This document shows positions 63,086 through 64,000 of a stretch of 64,000 nucleotides of DNA, piece after piece. The stretch lies in contig NW_021832602.1 in the NCBI RefSeq assembly GCF_006345805.1, positions 230,243 to 294,242 of the forward strand, written 5' to 3'. The position numbers and the translations under genes were made by a program. Origin of the DNA: Octopus sinensis. Its lineage: Eukaryota. The notes below the pieces were generated by a model. The model was not told the origin of the DNA. It was given only the letters and a program-made list of their open reading frames with translations, and did no database searches. How positions within the stretch are numbered: the first letter of the stretch is position 1; each line of letters begins with the position of its first letter.

Positions 63086-63699
63086 CTACCCAGGCTTGTA
63101 TTTGGGATTATATATATTCGATAACAAAAATTAAAATCGATGCCAAAGCAGAATGAGCTTTAAAACCGATTTCATAAATAAAAATAATATTTTAAAATTC
63201 ATAATTGATATTTTAGAATAATGAGAAAAAATCTAAATGCTTCATAATTTATTAAAATGTCAAAACAAGAATCTTCTGAAGGAGCAAGCCTGTCTGCACA
63301 GTTCATTTTTGATTAGAAGACCTAATTTTAGAGATTAAAACGAAAAAATAGCAATGAGATCTGTCAAATTATTACCCCCCTCACAACCTAAACCAAATTA
63401 GCGTTCAGTATTCATTGATTTTACTTTTTCTATTAAGGTCTACTTATAAATTATTTTATGGGATTCAATGGAAAACTTAAGTTATTTCAATTTTAATTTT
63501 AAATCATGTTAAAATTTTAAATAATTTAATAAATATATTTGTTGATGATAGGCTTGTTAGCTGTCAAAGTCGCGTCTAGCGCTCGGTCGCGCGCTGCGCT
63601 CGCGACATAATAAATATTCGAACATGTCTAAACCTGGCCCTGATGAGGCCAAAAATTGTGCGCTAATACCAAAAAATGTTTATTTTATTTAAGGTGGTC

Positions 63700-63893
63700 C
63701 CCACAAAATTTTATAGTGCAAAAGTGGTCCCCAGTCTAAAAAAGGTTGAGAACCGCTGATTTAATCTAACATACAGTGGGCCCAAAAAGTCATGGCACCA
63801 CTTAATAAATTTTAGTATTTTACGTTTTTACCCATAAAATATGAAGTATTTTGACTTTTAATTATTTTTTTTGTTTGGGATCGTTGTCGTGTT
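63700..63893 (+). repeat. Duplicate of 61722-61905 (MITE right end plus Tc1-like TIR)
   Basis: Near-identical sequence, including the flanking atttaatctaacatacagtgggccc. Confidence 0.9.
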
Positions 63894-64000
63894 GAAACGT
63901 CCAATTGCTTCTTAGCTTTAATTTATTGATGGACGGAACTAAACAATTTTCCAAAATTTCGACGTACATCTTGGCATTCAATATTCCATCTATGAAAAAT

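Noticed and set aside
1-64000. Stop-codon reassignment or readthrough to explain fragmented ORFs
   Set aside because: In-frame stops in host genes disappear once mini-introns are removed, and genes end in ordinary TAA or TGA.

Overview
AT-rich animal genomic DNA with no rRNA, tRNA or CRISPR. Host genes carry tiny spliceosomal introns, mostly 22-31 nt with a few at 34-50 nt. Together with the innexins, this points (by inference) to a dicyemid-like mesozoan parasite. Host genes recognised by hand-splicing: V-ATPase subunit a (cut by the window edge), a PKN-like kinase with degenerate catalytic motifs, GNL2/NOG2, USO1/p115, three tandem innexins and TRAP1. They sit among nested transposons: Buster-type and CGGBP-like hATs with 8-bp TSDs, RTE-like, Jockey/I-like and CRE-like LINEs, a Helitron, and pogo, Merlin and integrase remnants. 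The most unexpected element is an intronless, pseudogenised, bacterial-looking gene block at about 11.5-20.3 kb, broken up by host transposons. It contains an AEC-family transporter, pterin-4a-carbinolamine dehydratase, a SAM methyltransferase, an MBL-fold hydrolase and an NhaP-like antiporter, with a reconstructable ATGA stop/start overlap. Other notable points: candidate GT-GG and GC-AG mini-introns, YAG directly before several start codons, host-sized mini-introns inside transposases, and patchy divergence between young innexin paralogues. All family assignments come from motif recognition by eye; no searches were run.
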